In this document: in pieces, positions 9,848 to 22,664 of the stretch
Position numbering within the stretch: position 1 is the stretch's first letter
Layout of the letters: each line of letters begins with the position of its first letter
Source: Raillietiella orientalis
Taxonomy: Eukaryota
Direction: 5' to 3'
Assembly (NCBI GenBank): GCA_036172245.1
Contig: JAYWIR010000075.1
Location: 62,001 to 126,000, forward strand
DNA length: 64,000 nucleotides
Program-made: the position numbers and the translations under genes
Notes under the pieces: generated by a model
Told to the model about the DNA's origin: nothing
Seen by the model: the letters and a program-made list of their open reading frames with translations, nothing else
The model's database searches: none

Positions 9848-12838
9848 CACCGGCTTTAGGCGAAGGCGTGAGGAACGACAGAAACTATCTCCAGGCCCGT
9901 CGTTTCTCCAACAAGCCCGACGTCCGTCGCCTGGCGGAAATCAAGGCTGGAGCGGAGAGGCAGGCCTGGCAATCCGGGTCTGCCTGCTTGCTGGACGAAG
10001 AAGGCCAGGAGCACTCATCTCCAGCGCAGGTTTGCCGCATTCTGCGGGATTTCTATTCCTCCCTTTACGCGCTGAGACCACCAGAGCGCTCCTCTGCCCA
10101 GCGCCTGCTGCCAGAGGGTGCTCCCGCGTTGAGGGAGGAAGAAATAAACATCTTCCTCCAAGAGTTCACGATGGCGGAGATAATCTCCGCCATTACTGAA
10201 TTGAGAAAAAACAAAGCACCAGGGGAAGACGGCCTGCCAGCTGAATTCTACCAACACTTCGCGGCAGAGCTGGCCCCCCTGGTGCTAAACCTATGTATGC
10301 TGATCCGTGAACGTGGGGATGTCCCCAACTCGTTCCGGTCAGCTAGAGTACGTCTCCTTCCGAAGGGAGGAGACTTGCGCAACGTTGGCAACTGGCGTCC
10401 CATCACTGTAGTGAATGCGGACGCAAAGTTGCTCGCCAAACTGTGGGCTGAGCGCCTGGGACGGGTTGCGGACTCCGTGGTCAGTCCGGAACAGACATAC
10501 GCTGTTCCCGGACGAACCATGGAGGCCAACCTGTTCCTCGCCAGCACATTCTGGCAGTTGCAACAACGCGAGGCGCAGCTACGTCGGGAAAGTCCTGGAC
10601 TCTCCATTGACAAGGGGGAGGAAAGCCGGGAAGAAGATGAGGCGCCTGGAGCCCTTGCGGTCGCAGTCGATTTGCGTAAAGCTTTCGACTGCGTCGACCA
10701 GGAGCTCCTTCTAAAGCTCCTAGAACGCTTAGGATTTCCGGCCGTCTTTCTGGCCTACCTGCGCTCCTGCTGGCGCTTCGCGCTCATCAATATCAATTTC
10801 AGCGGCCGGCACGTGTTCGGCGTGCCGGTTCGTCGTGGCATCCGGCAGGGTGACAGCCTCAGCCCCCTGCTCTTCAGCATCTACTTTGAGTTGGTGCTGA
10901 GAGCATACAGTGAGACTTTGGCAACCCTGCCGAGCTCGTGTCCCGGCACGCCTGCCGTGTCGGCCTATGCCGACGATCTTCTGCTCCTGCTTCCCGGGTC
11001 CACCCTGGCATCGGCGCTCGAGGATTTCTTCGAGTTGCTATACCGTGGGACAGGCCTCCAGGTGAACAGGACGAAGTCGTCGTTGCTTCTCACCGACTCG
11101 ACGAGGGCCGGACGGTCGGACTGGATCCGCTTAAGGATCCCCACGGGCAGATAAATCAAGTACCTTGGCGTTCCGTTGGAAGACTTCTGCTCTGCAGAAG
11201 CCTGGTCCGACCGTCTACAAAAAGTGGAGCTGGCGATCGGCCCGTTCCGGGACGGCAAGTTTCACTTCAAGGAACGGGCCACGGTATGGAACGCTTTCGC
11301 GGCCCCTCTCCTTCGCCCCCTACTTTTTGTGTGCCCTACCCCTTACCAAATTAGGACACGGACCAGGGGCCTCATACGGAAAGCCCTCTGGGGCAACCGG
11401 AGGCCCCGCGTCCGGCTCAAAGACTTGTACGCTCCACGCAGGGACGGTGGACTTGGTCTCCTGACGTTGGAGCGCATGGAGCGACAGCTCCAATTCAGAA
11501 AACTTGCCCTTGTGGCAAAGTTTTGGACAGCACCCTGGTGTGCACCCGCAAGACTCCTTGCTCACAGGGCAACCGGCTGCTTTGGATTGACTTCAATCCT
11601 GGTAGCCAACTAACGCAGCCTGAACCATTGTGGTTATCAGCTGCGGGACTTGGTTGCCCTGATGAGAGACAACCCTTGGATCTCCTGCATCCCAGCGGAC
11701 TGGACTACCTGGCTTCAGGAGTCCGTTTCCGCATGGGCGAAGATCAATGGCACCAGTGATGAGGACTTCTCCTGCCTCCGCAGAGGGAGGCACGCTGGTC
11801 AGCCACTCCAGGAGATCGTTTCCAACCCACGGAAACTTCTGTGGGCTTCCTTCACCCCCCTTGCTCCAGTGCTGCCCTCCCTCAGGGAAGTTCGGGACAG
11901 CCACCAACAGGCATCGTGGGAAGTGTCTTGCCTCATCGGAGGCAGGAAAAAATCACTGAAGGCGTGGACGCCGAGGGAACTAGCAAACGCTAGTACCCCG
12001 AGTGTCCCGCCGAACGGACGTTCACGCTGGGGCGCGCTGCTCGGTATACCTCCGGAGGAGGTGAAGTGGCCCCCAGCGTCATGGGACAACGGCACCCTTC
12101 CCCTGCAGTGGCAGGAGACGGCGTTGCTTCTGCTCCACTGGGTACTTTTAAGCAGAGCACGCATGTCTCGCTGGACATCGGGGAATGTGGATGCTATTGT
12201 GCAGAGTGCGGGGAAAGGGAGACCTTCCCCCACTTGATTCTGGAGTGTGTTGCCCTCCGCGAAATGTGGGACAGACTCTCGTCGATCCTCAACATTCCGG
12301 AGGGTGACCCGAAAAATTTATTCAGACGCCTTCTGACGCGAGACGGCTTGCCAGCCTCCGGGAGCGTAGCAGTGCTCTGCTGCATACGCGGTATCCTGGA
12401 GAAGTGGACCGCGTCTAGGAGAGGAAGGACCAGCCGGAATGCCATCCACTGGGCAGCGATCTCCTTGGAGAAAGCGTGCCGTTGGCGCCGACTTCAAAAA
12501 CATTTGCCGGCACTTGTTCGCATCCGAAACCGGATGCAAAGGCCTGCTCACGGCGCACCGTGATCCCCTCCCTCCCTCTCCCTCCCCAGAAACATTGCCC
12601 TCCAGACGTTTTTCTTTTTTTGTTTTTGTTTTCTTTTATTTTTCCCGTCCCGGCGCCAGTGAAGGACCTTATCGGCCTCCGGGTCGGTAAGGACAAGTGC
12701 CACTGAACGTTTATGAACTTCTAGACATCCTGAACAGCAAATGAGATTTTAGGTGAAAAAATTCAGACTTTGTTATGGAATTTTTTGTAATCTCAAAAAA
12801 TTTTAATAATAAAAGCCCCGGCTTACCAGGGTGAAAAA
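9848..12838 (+). mobile_element. Tx1/L1 copy C: post-EN linker, RT, C-terminus and 3' end
   Basis: ORF 9697..11154 contains KAPGEDGL, DLRKAFD, GIRQGDSLSP and YADD. Later stops and frameshifts. AATAAA at 12808 plus terminal motif. Confidence 0.93.
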
Positions 12839-14451
12839 CCTGAGCTGGGCTGGAGCGTTCTTGGCCCTGATGGTCCAGCAAGCAGGCCGAGCCTGACTGC
12901 CAGGCCTGCCTCTCCGCCTAAGCTTTGAATTCTGCCAAGCGACGGACGTCGGGACGCCTGGAATACCGACGGGCCTGAAGGTAGGCCCGCTCGTTCCTGA
13001 CCCCATCGCCGAAGCCCGGCGGAAGACGCTCCAGGGGAAACTGGTCGCAAAACTCGCGTACTGAGCACTTCATTTCGTCCCAGTCCGCGAGCGTCTCAAG
13101 ATGGAATCCTCCCAGGAAGGCGCGTAGATGTTCCGCCGCTCCTGCGAGGTGCAACCAGTCCCCTGGCAGGCGCCACGTTTTCAAGGGAGGGCCCTTATTC
13201 CGCGGATGCAACTCGAGAACGAGCCGTGAATGGTCGGACAGCTCTGCCGGGAGCGTTCCTCGAGTTCCCATCCGCGTGCACAGGTGGTTGCCGAGGAACA
13301 TGTGATCGATGTTCCGATCTCTCCCGGCATCACCGGCCAACAAGTTGCGCGCATTCATTGCTGCGCACAACTCGTTGACCAGTTCTGCTCGACTGCTGGG
13401 CGCACCTGCCAGCAGACAGTGGTTGAAATCGCCCGCAATAAGGTGCGCCCGCCGTACGCATGCTTCAGCCAGCCAGTCTCGCCGCAGGGATTCGAAGAAC
13501 GCAGTGCGTTCCTCGGCCCTGTGGCTAGACACCAGAGCGTACAGGTTCGTGACTATGAGGTCGATCGAGTCGGACCACTTCAACGCAAGCTGCTCAACTC
13601 GACCTTCCCCGTCGAACCTCACGCTGCGCAATGCGTTGTCGACGGTTGGCTTAAGCATAAAGGCCACTCCGCAGGAGCGGTCGTTTCCGTTCCTCCACAG
13701 TAGCCGCCCTCCCGCGATTCTTTCGATTTCCTGGACTTCTGCTTTGAGAACGTGCGTCTCTTGCAGGAGCACCAGGTCGAAGTCTCGCAGTATGGCGGCT
13801 ACGTCTCGCCTCTTACCGTCGTCGCGGAACCTGTTGACGTTCCAACAGGTGATGAGCAAGCGGCGGCAGGAGGCGAGCCCACGCGTTGGTGTGTTTATTG
13901 TGGGGTGGAGGCGTCCTCCTCCCTTGCGGGAGGCGCCTCGTTGGCGGCCGTAACGACGGTCGGCTGCTCACACGGGAGCACGTCGTCCACAGCGACTTCC
14001 ATGGGGCTGGCTTCCGAGACGCGGATCGGAGAGGGGTCTCGTGGCGCGACGCACATTGCCTCCTCCTCCGTGCCCGAGGACTTGGCCTCCTCCACCTGCG
14101 GAGGGGCGACCCGTCTCGGGCAACCGGTCTTCTTGCCAGCCTTCCTCTTCGGCACGACAGCGGAAGTAGAACAACCGGCTTCGGTTTCGGACTCGGAATT
14201 TTCCGGGCCCTTCACCGTTGCCGGTCGTCTCAAGGCCTTCTTCTCGGCCTTGGCAGGCTGCCGTAACATGGCTGCCAGCTCTTCCGCGGCCTGCGCGAAG
14301 GTCGCGTCCGTTATACGCGCCGCTTCCTCGCTTTCCGCACCGACGAGCGGCGCAGGCGCAGTGGAAGCGGCTTCATCGATCGGCGCGCAGACGTCCTTCG
14401 CTGGCAATGCCGGAACGGCATTGTCGTCAGCTGATGGTGACGTCACTGCGG
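12839..14451 (-). mobile_element. Tx1/L1 copy D: ORF1 C-terminus and APE endonuclease
   Basis: ORF 12918..13859: WNVN, LLQETH, SCGVAF, NLYA, AGDFN, IDHMF and SDH. Upstream segment AAEELAAML matches ORF1 of copies B and Z. Confidence 0.92.
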
Positions 14452-16250
14452 TTTTCACCCGGATATGCCGGGGCGTTTATTTCGAAAAATAAAAATACAT
14501 TAATTTTTCCAGTGGAGAACCCGAAGGCGCACCACGCCAAAACAGCTTGCTGGTTGCCGGCGCTATGCCGGAGAGGTCCTTCCGATGCGCGGGGGTTGGG
14601 ACAGAAAAAACAAAACAAACAAAAAGTTTAAACACGGGAGGGGATAAATGTTTTAGGGATGGGAGGGCAGGGAAGGGATCACTATGCGCCCGGAGAGGTC
14701 CTCTAGATCCTATTCAGGATCTGGACAAGCTGTGTCCTCTGTGCGCCTAAGTGGCGCCACTTGCATACAGCTCGCACGAATAGGCGAGTCCACCGTAAGG
14801 CGTTGCCAGTTGGCTGACGTCTTCTTCTGGTGGCGTTCCAAGCCGCCACGATCCCTCGAATGCAGCAGAGGATTGCTACAGAAGCGGGTGGGGACAAGGC
14901 GTCACTACAGAAGAGGCGCCTGAAAACGTCCTTGGGGCCGCATCCGCGCAAGTCCAGGATCGCCGTAAGGCGATCCCATAAAGGGCGGATGGCACTGCAC
15001 TCAATTAGAAGGTGGGGGAAGGTCTCTTTTTCCCCGCACCGGTCGCACTGGGGATCCACAGCCCCCCGGGTGGTGTGGTACAGGCGTGCTTTACAGGGTA
15101 AACCCCAATGCATTACAAGCAACGCCACCTCCTGCCATTTGAGGGGGAGGGATCCACTGTTCCAGGACGCTGGGGGCCACTTCATCTCCTCCGGAGATAT
15201 TCCGAGTAGCTCGCCCCAGCGTCGAATTCCGTTGGGCGGGACACTCGGCGTCGCAGCGTCAGCTAGCTGCCGAGATGTCCACGCCTTTATCGATTGTGTC
15301 CTGCCGCCTATGGTGCAGGACACGGTCCATTTCCCCTGCTCGCTACTGTCCCTGGCATTCACAAGGAAGGGCAGCACTGGGGCGAGGGGGGTTATCAAGG
15401 CCCACAGAAGCTTGTCGTGGGACTGCACGATCTCCTGCAGCGCCCAGCGGGCATGCCTTTTCAGGCAAGTGTTCTTTGTGCCCGCCGGTACGTAGATCTT
15501 TTCCCAGGTGGAGACTGACTCGTGCAACCATGCCGAGTAGTTCCCTGGGAGGCAGGAGATCCAGGCGTTCTCCCGTACCACAACGTCCATGCGACGCAGG
15601 AGAAAGCCGCCGTGTGCTTCTCTGCGGTCGCGCGCCAGCAGAAACGACAAAAGTCCGCCGAATCCGCAGGCTCGTTGGGCCAGGAGGCGTGCTGGAACGC
15701 ACCAAGGCGTGTCCCACAATTCGGCCGCGAGGGCGAGAGTCCTGAATCCTAGTTGGAGTTCCATGCGCTCCAGCGTAAGTACGCCAAGTCCACCGTCCTT
15801 ACGTGGAGCGCACAAGTCTTTGAGCCTCACACGGGACCTCCCTTTGCCCCAAAGGACTGTCCTCAGGAAGCCCGCTGCTCGTTTCCGGATAAAATAAGGG
15901 GCGCGGCAAACAAAAAGTACACATCCCGGTACGCAGCACTGACCCCTTAGGCCAGAGGGGGATTGTAGCCGCTAGCGGCGTACGCCCGCAGCTCTGCCTC
16001 GTCGGGTGGGGCTCCGTGGGCCGCCGCTGCCTTAGCAACGGCGGCAAAACTTCTCGCTGGAGGCGAGAGACGACCGGTGGAGGCTTCCACTCCTCCCGAA
16101 GAAGGTCCTACGACGCAGCGGCATTCCTCCACCTCCATTTCTGCGGGCACTGGCTTCATTTTCAAATGAAAAATCACACAACACCCAAAAGGAACAGCCG
16201 CAAAAAACACCAAAGACGGAGCGCAATCATGCACGTCCGAATAATAGGGA
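14452..16250 (-). mobile_element. Tx1/L1 copy E: ~1.8-kb internally deleted copy (5'UTR + ORF1 start joined to ORF2 C-terminus + 3' end)
   Basis: ORF1-like SFAAVA..AYAASGYNPPL (15947-16160) abuts LFVC / DLCAPRKDGGLG...CDRCGEKETFPHLLIEC (14703-15830). Terminal motif at 14452-14481. Confidence 0.85.
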
Positions 16251-16269
16251 GGGCGACTATGGTATAGGT

Positions 16270-18710
16270 GTGGGAGACCAAAGAGTTGCGGTGTCGCCTA
16301 CCTGCTTCGGCCAGCCGTCGAGGCCGCGGCTCGGGGCGTGCGGTTCGACGATCACGGTCGTGTCGGCCAGCTGACTCTCAGGTGGTCCGATTCGATCGAT
16401 CATCTCGTCACGAACGTGTACGCACCGAGCGGCGCGCACCTGATGAACAGGAGGGCGAGGAAAGAGTTTTTCCTTGATATCCAACGCGACTAGCTGACCG
16501 AAGCAGGCGTGCGAAATGCCCATCTGGTTGCAGGCGATTTCCACGTTCGCCTGAAGCCAGATGGGCAGAATCACGAGCGTGACCTGATCAACCAGGTGTG
16601 CATGGCGGTGCACACCTGTAATTTCTTGGCCAGTGCACCGGGGATGGAAGAAAGCATCGACCACGAGTTTCTTGGCGAGCACCTATGCCCTCGCGTGAGC
16701 AGGCGCTGCAAGTTACCGTGCGAGATGTCCGACCATCGCCCGAAAGTTCTCTAGATCCATCCGCGCGACAGGGGCCCCCCCTCGTCAGCGTGGCGTCTCC
16801 CAGGGACTGGCTGAACGTCCAGGACGCGGTGGAATATCTCCGCACGTTCATACGGAGCTTAAGGAGGCGGACACTCCAGGATTGGGACCGCTTCAAGCGG
16901 TCGGTTTAGGAGTTCTGCGACCGGTTCCCTCTGCACCGCCTAGCTACGGGTTTTGGGACCGGGGTCCGTAACAAAGGAGCCTATTTACAGGCCCGTCGTT
17001 ACGCCAGGACCCCCGATATCCGCAGGCTGGCGGAATACAACGCGGAAGCCGAGAGGCAAGCCTGGAAGTCCGGATCGGCAAGCTTACTGGACGATCAGGG
17101 CCAGGAGCACTCGGCACCTGCCCAAATCCGCGGCCTGCTGCGGAGTTACTACTCCTCCCTGTATGCCAGGGCACCTCCGGAGAGGAACGTCTCACGACTC
17201 CTGCTTCCGGAAGGCGCTCCAGCGATCGGGGAGGAGCAGAGAAAGACCCTCGACGAGCCTTTCACGATGGACGAGATCCTCTCGGCCATCGGAAAGCTGA
17301 AGAGGCCAAAGGCTCCAGGGAAGGACGGCCTGCCCGCGGAGTTTTATCAAACTTTCGCGGCTGAGCTTCCCCCCCTGGTACAGCAACTCACCTTGCTGAT
17401 ACGCGAAACAGGTGACGTTCCCGCCTCGTTTCGTTCGGCAACGGTGCGGCTCCTCCCTAAGGGAGGAGATCTGAGGAGCATGAACAACTGGCGTCCCATC
17501 ACAATAGTGAATGCGGACGCCAAGTTGCTAGCAAAGGTTTGGGCAGAGCATCTTGCACGGGTTGCCAACATCTTCATCAGCCCGGAACAGACATATGCTT
17601 TTCCCGGGCGAAGCATGGAGGCGAACCTGTTCCACGCTTCCACCTGGCTAGAGCTCCAACATGAAAGGAGCTTGGTGCGCAGCCGGAATTCCGGTGCGTG
17701 CGCTGGCAAGGGTTCGGATGGTCGGGTGGGGGAGGGAGCCCTTGCGGTCGCTGTCGACTTGCGGAAAGCATTCGATTGCGTCGACCAGAATCTCCTTCTG
17801 GAGCTTCTGTTACGCTTGGGCTTCCCGGCCTCATTAGTGGCCTATCTGCGCTCCTGCTGGCGCGACGCGCTCATCAACGTTTCCTTCAGCGGGCAGACCG
17901 TGCACGGCGTGCCGGTGCGGCGTGGGATCCGGCAGGGAGACAGCCTGAGCCCCTTGCTCTTCAGTACCTACTTTCAGTTGGTACTGAGAGCGTACAGGGG
18001 AACTCTGGCGCACCTGCTGCACGACTGTGCCGGTACGCCGGCCGTTTCAGCGTACGCGGACGACCTTCTGCTGCTGCTCTCTATGTCCACCCCGGCTGCG
18101 GCGCTCAAGGAGTTCTTCGACCTGCTGCATCGGGGAACCGCACTTACGGTGAACAGGGCGAAGTCGTCCGTGATGCCAGTCGGTGCGGCGTGGGCAAGGC
18201 AGCAGGACTGGGTCCGTTTGGGGATCCCCACGGTGAGGTACTTTAAGTACCTTGGTGTGCCGTTGGGGTTTTTCTCCCCTGCGGAAGCGTGGTCCGGCTG
18301 CCTCTAGAAAGTAGAGACGGCGATCGTCCCGTTCCGAGGAGGCAGGTTTTTCCTGCCTGTACGGGCCGAGGTTTGGAACACGTTCGCGGCTCCTCTCCTC
18401 CGTCCCCTGCTTTTTGTTTGCCCCCCACAGAGAGGATAAAAAAGCGTACAAAGCACCTCCTTAGTATCGCCCTTTGGGGCAACGGGAGAGTCGGAGTCTT
18501 CTTAAAGGACTTGCGCGCTCCTTGTCGGGACGGTGATCTCAGCCTCCTGACGCTGGAGTTCGTGAAAATCCGGCTGCGATGGCGAACCCTCATTATCGCA
18601 GCGAAGATGTGGAGCACCGCTTGGTGCATTCCGGCCCGCCTCCTGGCCAGGCGTGTGTCCCGATGCGAAGGACTTGCGACGTTTCTTCTGTGCCCTGGCC
18701 GGAAGAGTCA
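16270..18710 (+). mobile_element. Tx1/L1 copy F: partial EN + RT
   Basis: SCGVAY, NVYAP, AGDFH and SDH; ORF 17267..18307 has the RT motifs including YADD. Confidence 0.9.
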
Positions 18711-21250
18711 CCGCCGCTTCCGTCCGCTCTTGCTCCGGAGAGAAATAGCGGTGGCACGCCCGGGAAGTTCACCGGAGCGTCCAAAAAGGGGTCGGGCGCC
18801 TTTTTGCACGAAAAACGCAAGCCGGCCACGGCGAGCTGATCAGCGGCAAAGGCTAAAAAATTTTTCGCGACCTCAAAGAACCACGCCACTCTGCCCGCAA
18901 CTTCCGGTAAGGAGGTGCAGAAGGCAGCAGTTACGACGGACAAACTGGCCGCCATCGCCGCATCGGAGGCCTTGGAGAGGATGCGGAGGACCCTGGAAGC
19001 CCTCGCGCCGAACCAAGGCAAACCCAAAGGCGACGAGGTTGACTGGACCTTCGTTGGGGAAGAAAGAAGGAGCGGAAACCGCGCGATCCTTCCCACTTAC
19101 CCATACTAAAGGTAGGCGGGTTCAAGAGGCAGCCCCGCGCGAAAGAAGGCGCAAGAAAAAGGCTCCGCTGCCGCCGCGCGCGCCGTCGCAAACACCCACG
19201 GCGAGAGGGTAGCTGCCGATGCCGTAATCCCGAAAGGGGGATCGGCGCCGAAAGCACCCTTCAAGAATGCTGGACATGCTGCGAGCTGCCAGCAGAAGAA
19301 GCGGCAGGCGTAGCGCCCTCCGCGCGCACGGAATTCGTACTCCGAGCTACAGTCCGAAGGCAGCGCAAAGGCTCGCCAAGCCCCGGTCAAGGCCAGGGCT
19401 CCGCGCAAGCCAAAACTTGCCAGGAAAGAGGCTGATGCCGGGAACGGTTCTCGATGCTCCTCGGAGCCCGAGGCAATGGTCCTCGACACCACCCAGCCAG
19501 CCGCGAGAGGCGCGGCGGTGACAGGGAGCTCTTGCGCTCCCCCATCAGCCGTGCTCCCGGCTGATGCCTCGCCGGACGGGGCGAGGAACGCACCTCCATG
19601 TCCATAGCAGCAATGAGCGGACTCGCATATTCTTGTCGCGTCTGAGTGGTTCGTTGGTACGTCAACGGGCTGAAGGACAACGAGAAGAGGCGATTGGTTG
19701 CCAACGTCTTGCGCGACTCCGATCTGGTCCAGCTACAGGAGATCCACGCACTCTCCGAACAGCAAGCGGCCGATCTGGCAGTTCGCGCAGGCGGAACGCT
19801 CCGTTGGAGGGCAGGCTCCCAGAATATCTGAGGAGTGGCATTCCTTGTCCGGGGCAGGGTGGCGAGGGCGGTGCGGAGCGTTTGTTTCGACAAGGAAGGT
19901 CGTGTGGGCCAGCTTGTTCTCAAGTGGTCCGAATCGATCTACTTTGTCTTCACGAACCCTCGCCATCGCAGCGAAGATGTGGAACACCCCTTGGTGCGTT
20001 CCGGCCTGCCTTCTCACCAGCCGTGTGTCCCGGTGCGAAGGACTCGCGTCTTTTCTTCCGTGCTCCGGCAGGAAGATCCGAAGATGCGGCCTACTGCTAG
20101 GGCGCATGGCAACCCTGACAAAGGACAACAGCTGGATGGTTTGTAGCCCCACCAACTCCTCCGCCTGGCTGAATTAGACAGCTGGCACTTGGGCCAAGTT
20201 AAGCTAGAGGAGTGAAGATTCCAGGAATTGCCTGCAATTCGGTCCTTGCGCCCGCCGCACCCTGCGGGAAATACTAGAATTTCCCGCGAGTAGCTCCTGG
20301 GAGGAGACGACCCCCCTTGCTACGGCGATGCCCTACCTCCGGAGGGCGCTTAACGGCAGCCAGAAGCCGAGGTGGCAAGTCTCCTGCAGAATCGCAGGCA
20401 GGGAGAAGATGTTAAGCGGCTGGACAATAGGTGAACTGGCGGATGCCACGACCCCGAGCGTCCAGCCGAGAGGACTTTTGCGATGGGACGAGCTGCTCGC
20501 CATCCCCATGGATGTGCTCAAGTGGCTCCCGGTGTTGCTGGAATCGAGCATCCTGTCCCTTAAGTGGCAAGAATAGGCGCTGCTACTGTTGCATTGGGGT
20601 TTACCCTGCAACGCACGCCACTTCCACTGGACAAGGGGAGCGGTGGATCCTCAGTGTTCCAGGTGCGGAGAGCAAGAATCGCTCTCCCACCTACTTGTTG
20701 ACTGTGCTGCCATCCGACCCCTCTGGGAACGGTTTGGGACGACCCTCGGTCTCCCGGTGGGCAGCCAACCAAGAGAAGTTCTCCGTCTACTCTTCGTGCG
20801 GGACGCCCTTCAGCCAGCTGTAGCCGTGGCAACACTCTGCTGCATCCGAGGCATCGTGGCGGCCTGGAGCGATACCTGCGACGAAGAAGTGCATTTATAC
20901 GCGATGGCTGTCATCTTGTATGCTGTTCGCTTCCTGCGGTGAGCTAGTGGATGGCCCTGTTTGAGAAGTTTGAAAAAGGACCTCGAGGGTATCCCGCTAA
21001 GGATGGACTCTCCTCCCAGTGGACTGCGATCCCTTTCCTTTCCTCCAAAAACTCTTTTTTGTTTACTTGTTTATTTTTCTTTTTGTTTTTGACCCCAACC
21101 CATTCCACTGCTGAGGAGAGTCACGCTGGTCTGCGTACCAGCGTCCCGGCAGGTCTTGCGACATATTGGCCATTAGTGGGGCCTTGTACCACGTACTGCA
21201 TTGACAAATGAAACGTTTTTAATAAACGTCCCGGAGTACCCGGGTGGCAT
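18711..21250 (+). mobile_element. Tx1/L1 copy G: probable ORF1 C-terminus, EN N-terminus, large internal deletion, ORF2 C-terminus and 3' end
   Basis: WYVNGL..LQEIH..GVAFLV..KWSESIYFVFTN joins directly to TLAIAAKMW at ~19955. AATAAA at 21221 plus terminal motif. Left boundary approximate. Confidence 0.8.
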
Positions 21251-22244
21251 CGCCCGCTGCACGAGGCGGAATCTCCTGAAGAGTCCCGCCAGAAGCAAGT
21301 GGGCAGAGACGACCTGGCTTGCTACGGCGCTGCCCTTCCTAAGAAGGGCACTTCACAGCTGCCGGACGCCAAGGTGGCAAGTCTCCTGCTGCATCGTGGG
21401 ACGGGAGAAGATGATGAGCGGCTGGACCATCGGTCAACTGGCGGATGCCACGGCCCCGAGCGTCCAGCCGCGGGGAATACTGAGATGGGGCAAGCTGCTC
21501 GCCATCCCCAGGGATGAGCTGAAGTGGTCCTCAGTGATGAAGAAAGAATCGAGGATCCTACCCCTCAAGTGGCAAGAGTCGGCGTTGCTCCTGTTGCACT
21601 GAAGTCTACACTGCAACGCACGCCGCTTCCACTGGACAAGGGGAGCTGTGGATCTTGCGTGTGCCAGGTGCGGGGAGCTGGAGTCGCTTTCCCACCTTAT
21701 TGTGGATTGTGCTGCCCTCCGACCCCTCTGGGAACGGTTCGGGACGACGCTCGGGCTCCCTACGGGCAGCGCCTCAGAGACGTTCTCCGGCTCCTCTTCG
21801 TGCGGGACGCTCTGCAGCCAGCAGCAGCCCTCGCAGCCCTGTGCTGCGTCCGAGGCATCGTGGCGGCTCCAAGTGAGGCCCACGACGAAAGACATGGCTA
21901 CTACGAGAGGGACGTCATCCCACATGCTCTTCGTTTTCTGGGTAGAGCTACCGTATACCCCCAACTGGGAGAAATGCTGACGAACCTCAAGGACATCCTG
22001 CGAAGAATGGGGCCTCCTCCAAGTGGACCGTGATCCCTTTCCCTCCCTCCAAACCTTTTTTTTTTTTATTTTTTATTTCGCTTTTTGTTTTCTCCCCCAT
22101 CGCCTTCCACTGCCGAGAAGATTCACGCCGGACTGCATCCCGGCGTCCCTGCAGGTCCGGTGTTGTGTGGTCGTGAGTGGTGCCTTTTACCACGTTTTTT
22201 GTAGAGTTTTTCAATAAACGCACCGGGCACATCCGGGTTGGAAA
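21251..22244 (+). mobile_element. Tx1/L1 3' fragment H (possibly the continuation of copy F)
   Basis: Homologous to 6130-7114. AATAAA at 22213 plus terminal motif. Confidence 0.88.
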
Positions 22245-22664
22245 CTCCAAAACCCGCAGGTAGGCAGTGCAGAGGGAACTGTTCGCAGAACTCCTGTACC
22301 GACCGCTCAAACCGATCCCAGTTCTGGAGTGTCCGCAGCCTGAAATTCCGTATGAACGTGCGGAGATGTTCCGCTGCATCCGGAAGCTTCAGCCAGTCCC
22401 CTGGGAGACGCCAAGCTGACGAGGGGGGACCTGTCGCGCGGATGAATCTGGAGTACGATCGGACAATGGTGGGACAGCTCGGAGGGTAACTTGCCGAGCC
22501 TGCCCACGCGATGGCTCAGGTGCTGGTCAAGGAACACGTGTTCGATGCTATCCTCCATCCCCGGTTCACTGGCCAACAAGTTACATGTGTGCACCTCCGT
22601 GCACGCCTCGTCGACCAGGTCGCGTTCGTGATTCTGTCCATCTGGTTTCAGGCGAATGTTAAAG
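22245..22664 (-). mobile_element. Tx1/L1 EN fragment I, broken at the GFG site
   Basis: FNIRL, IEHVFL and EFCEQFPLHCLPAGFG. Confidence 0.85.
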
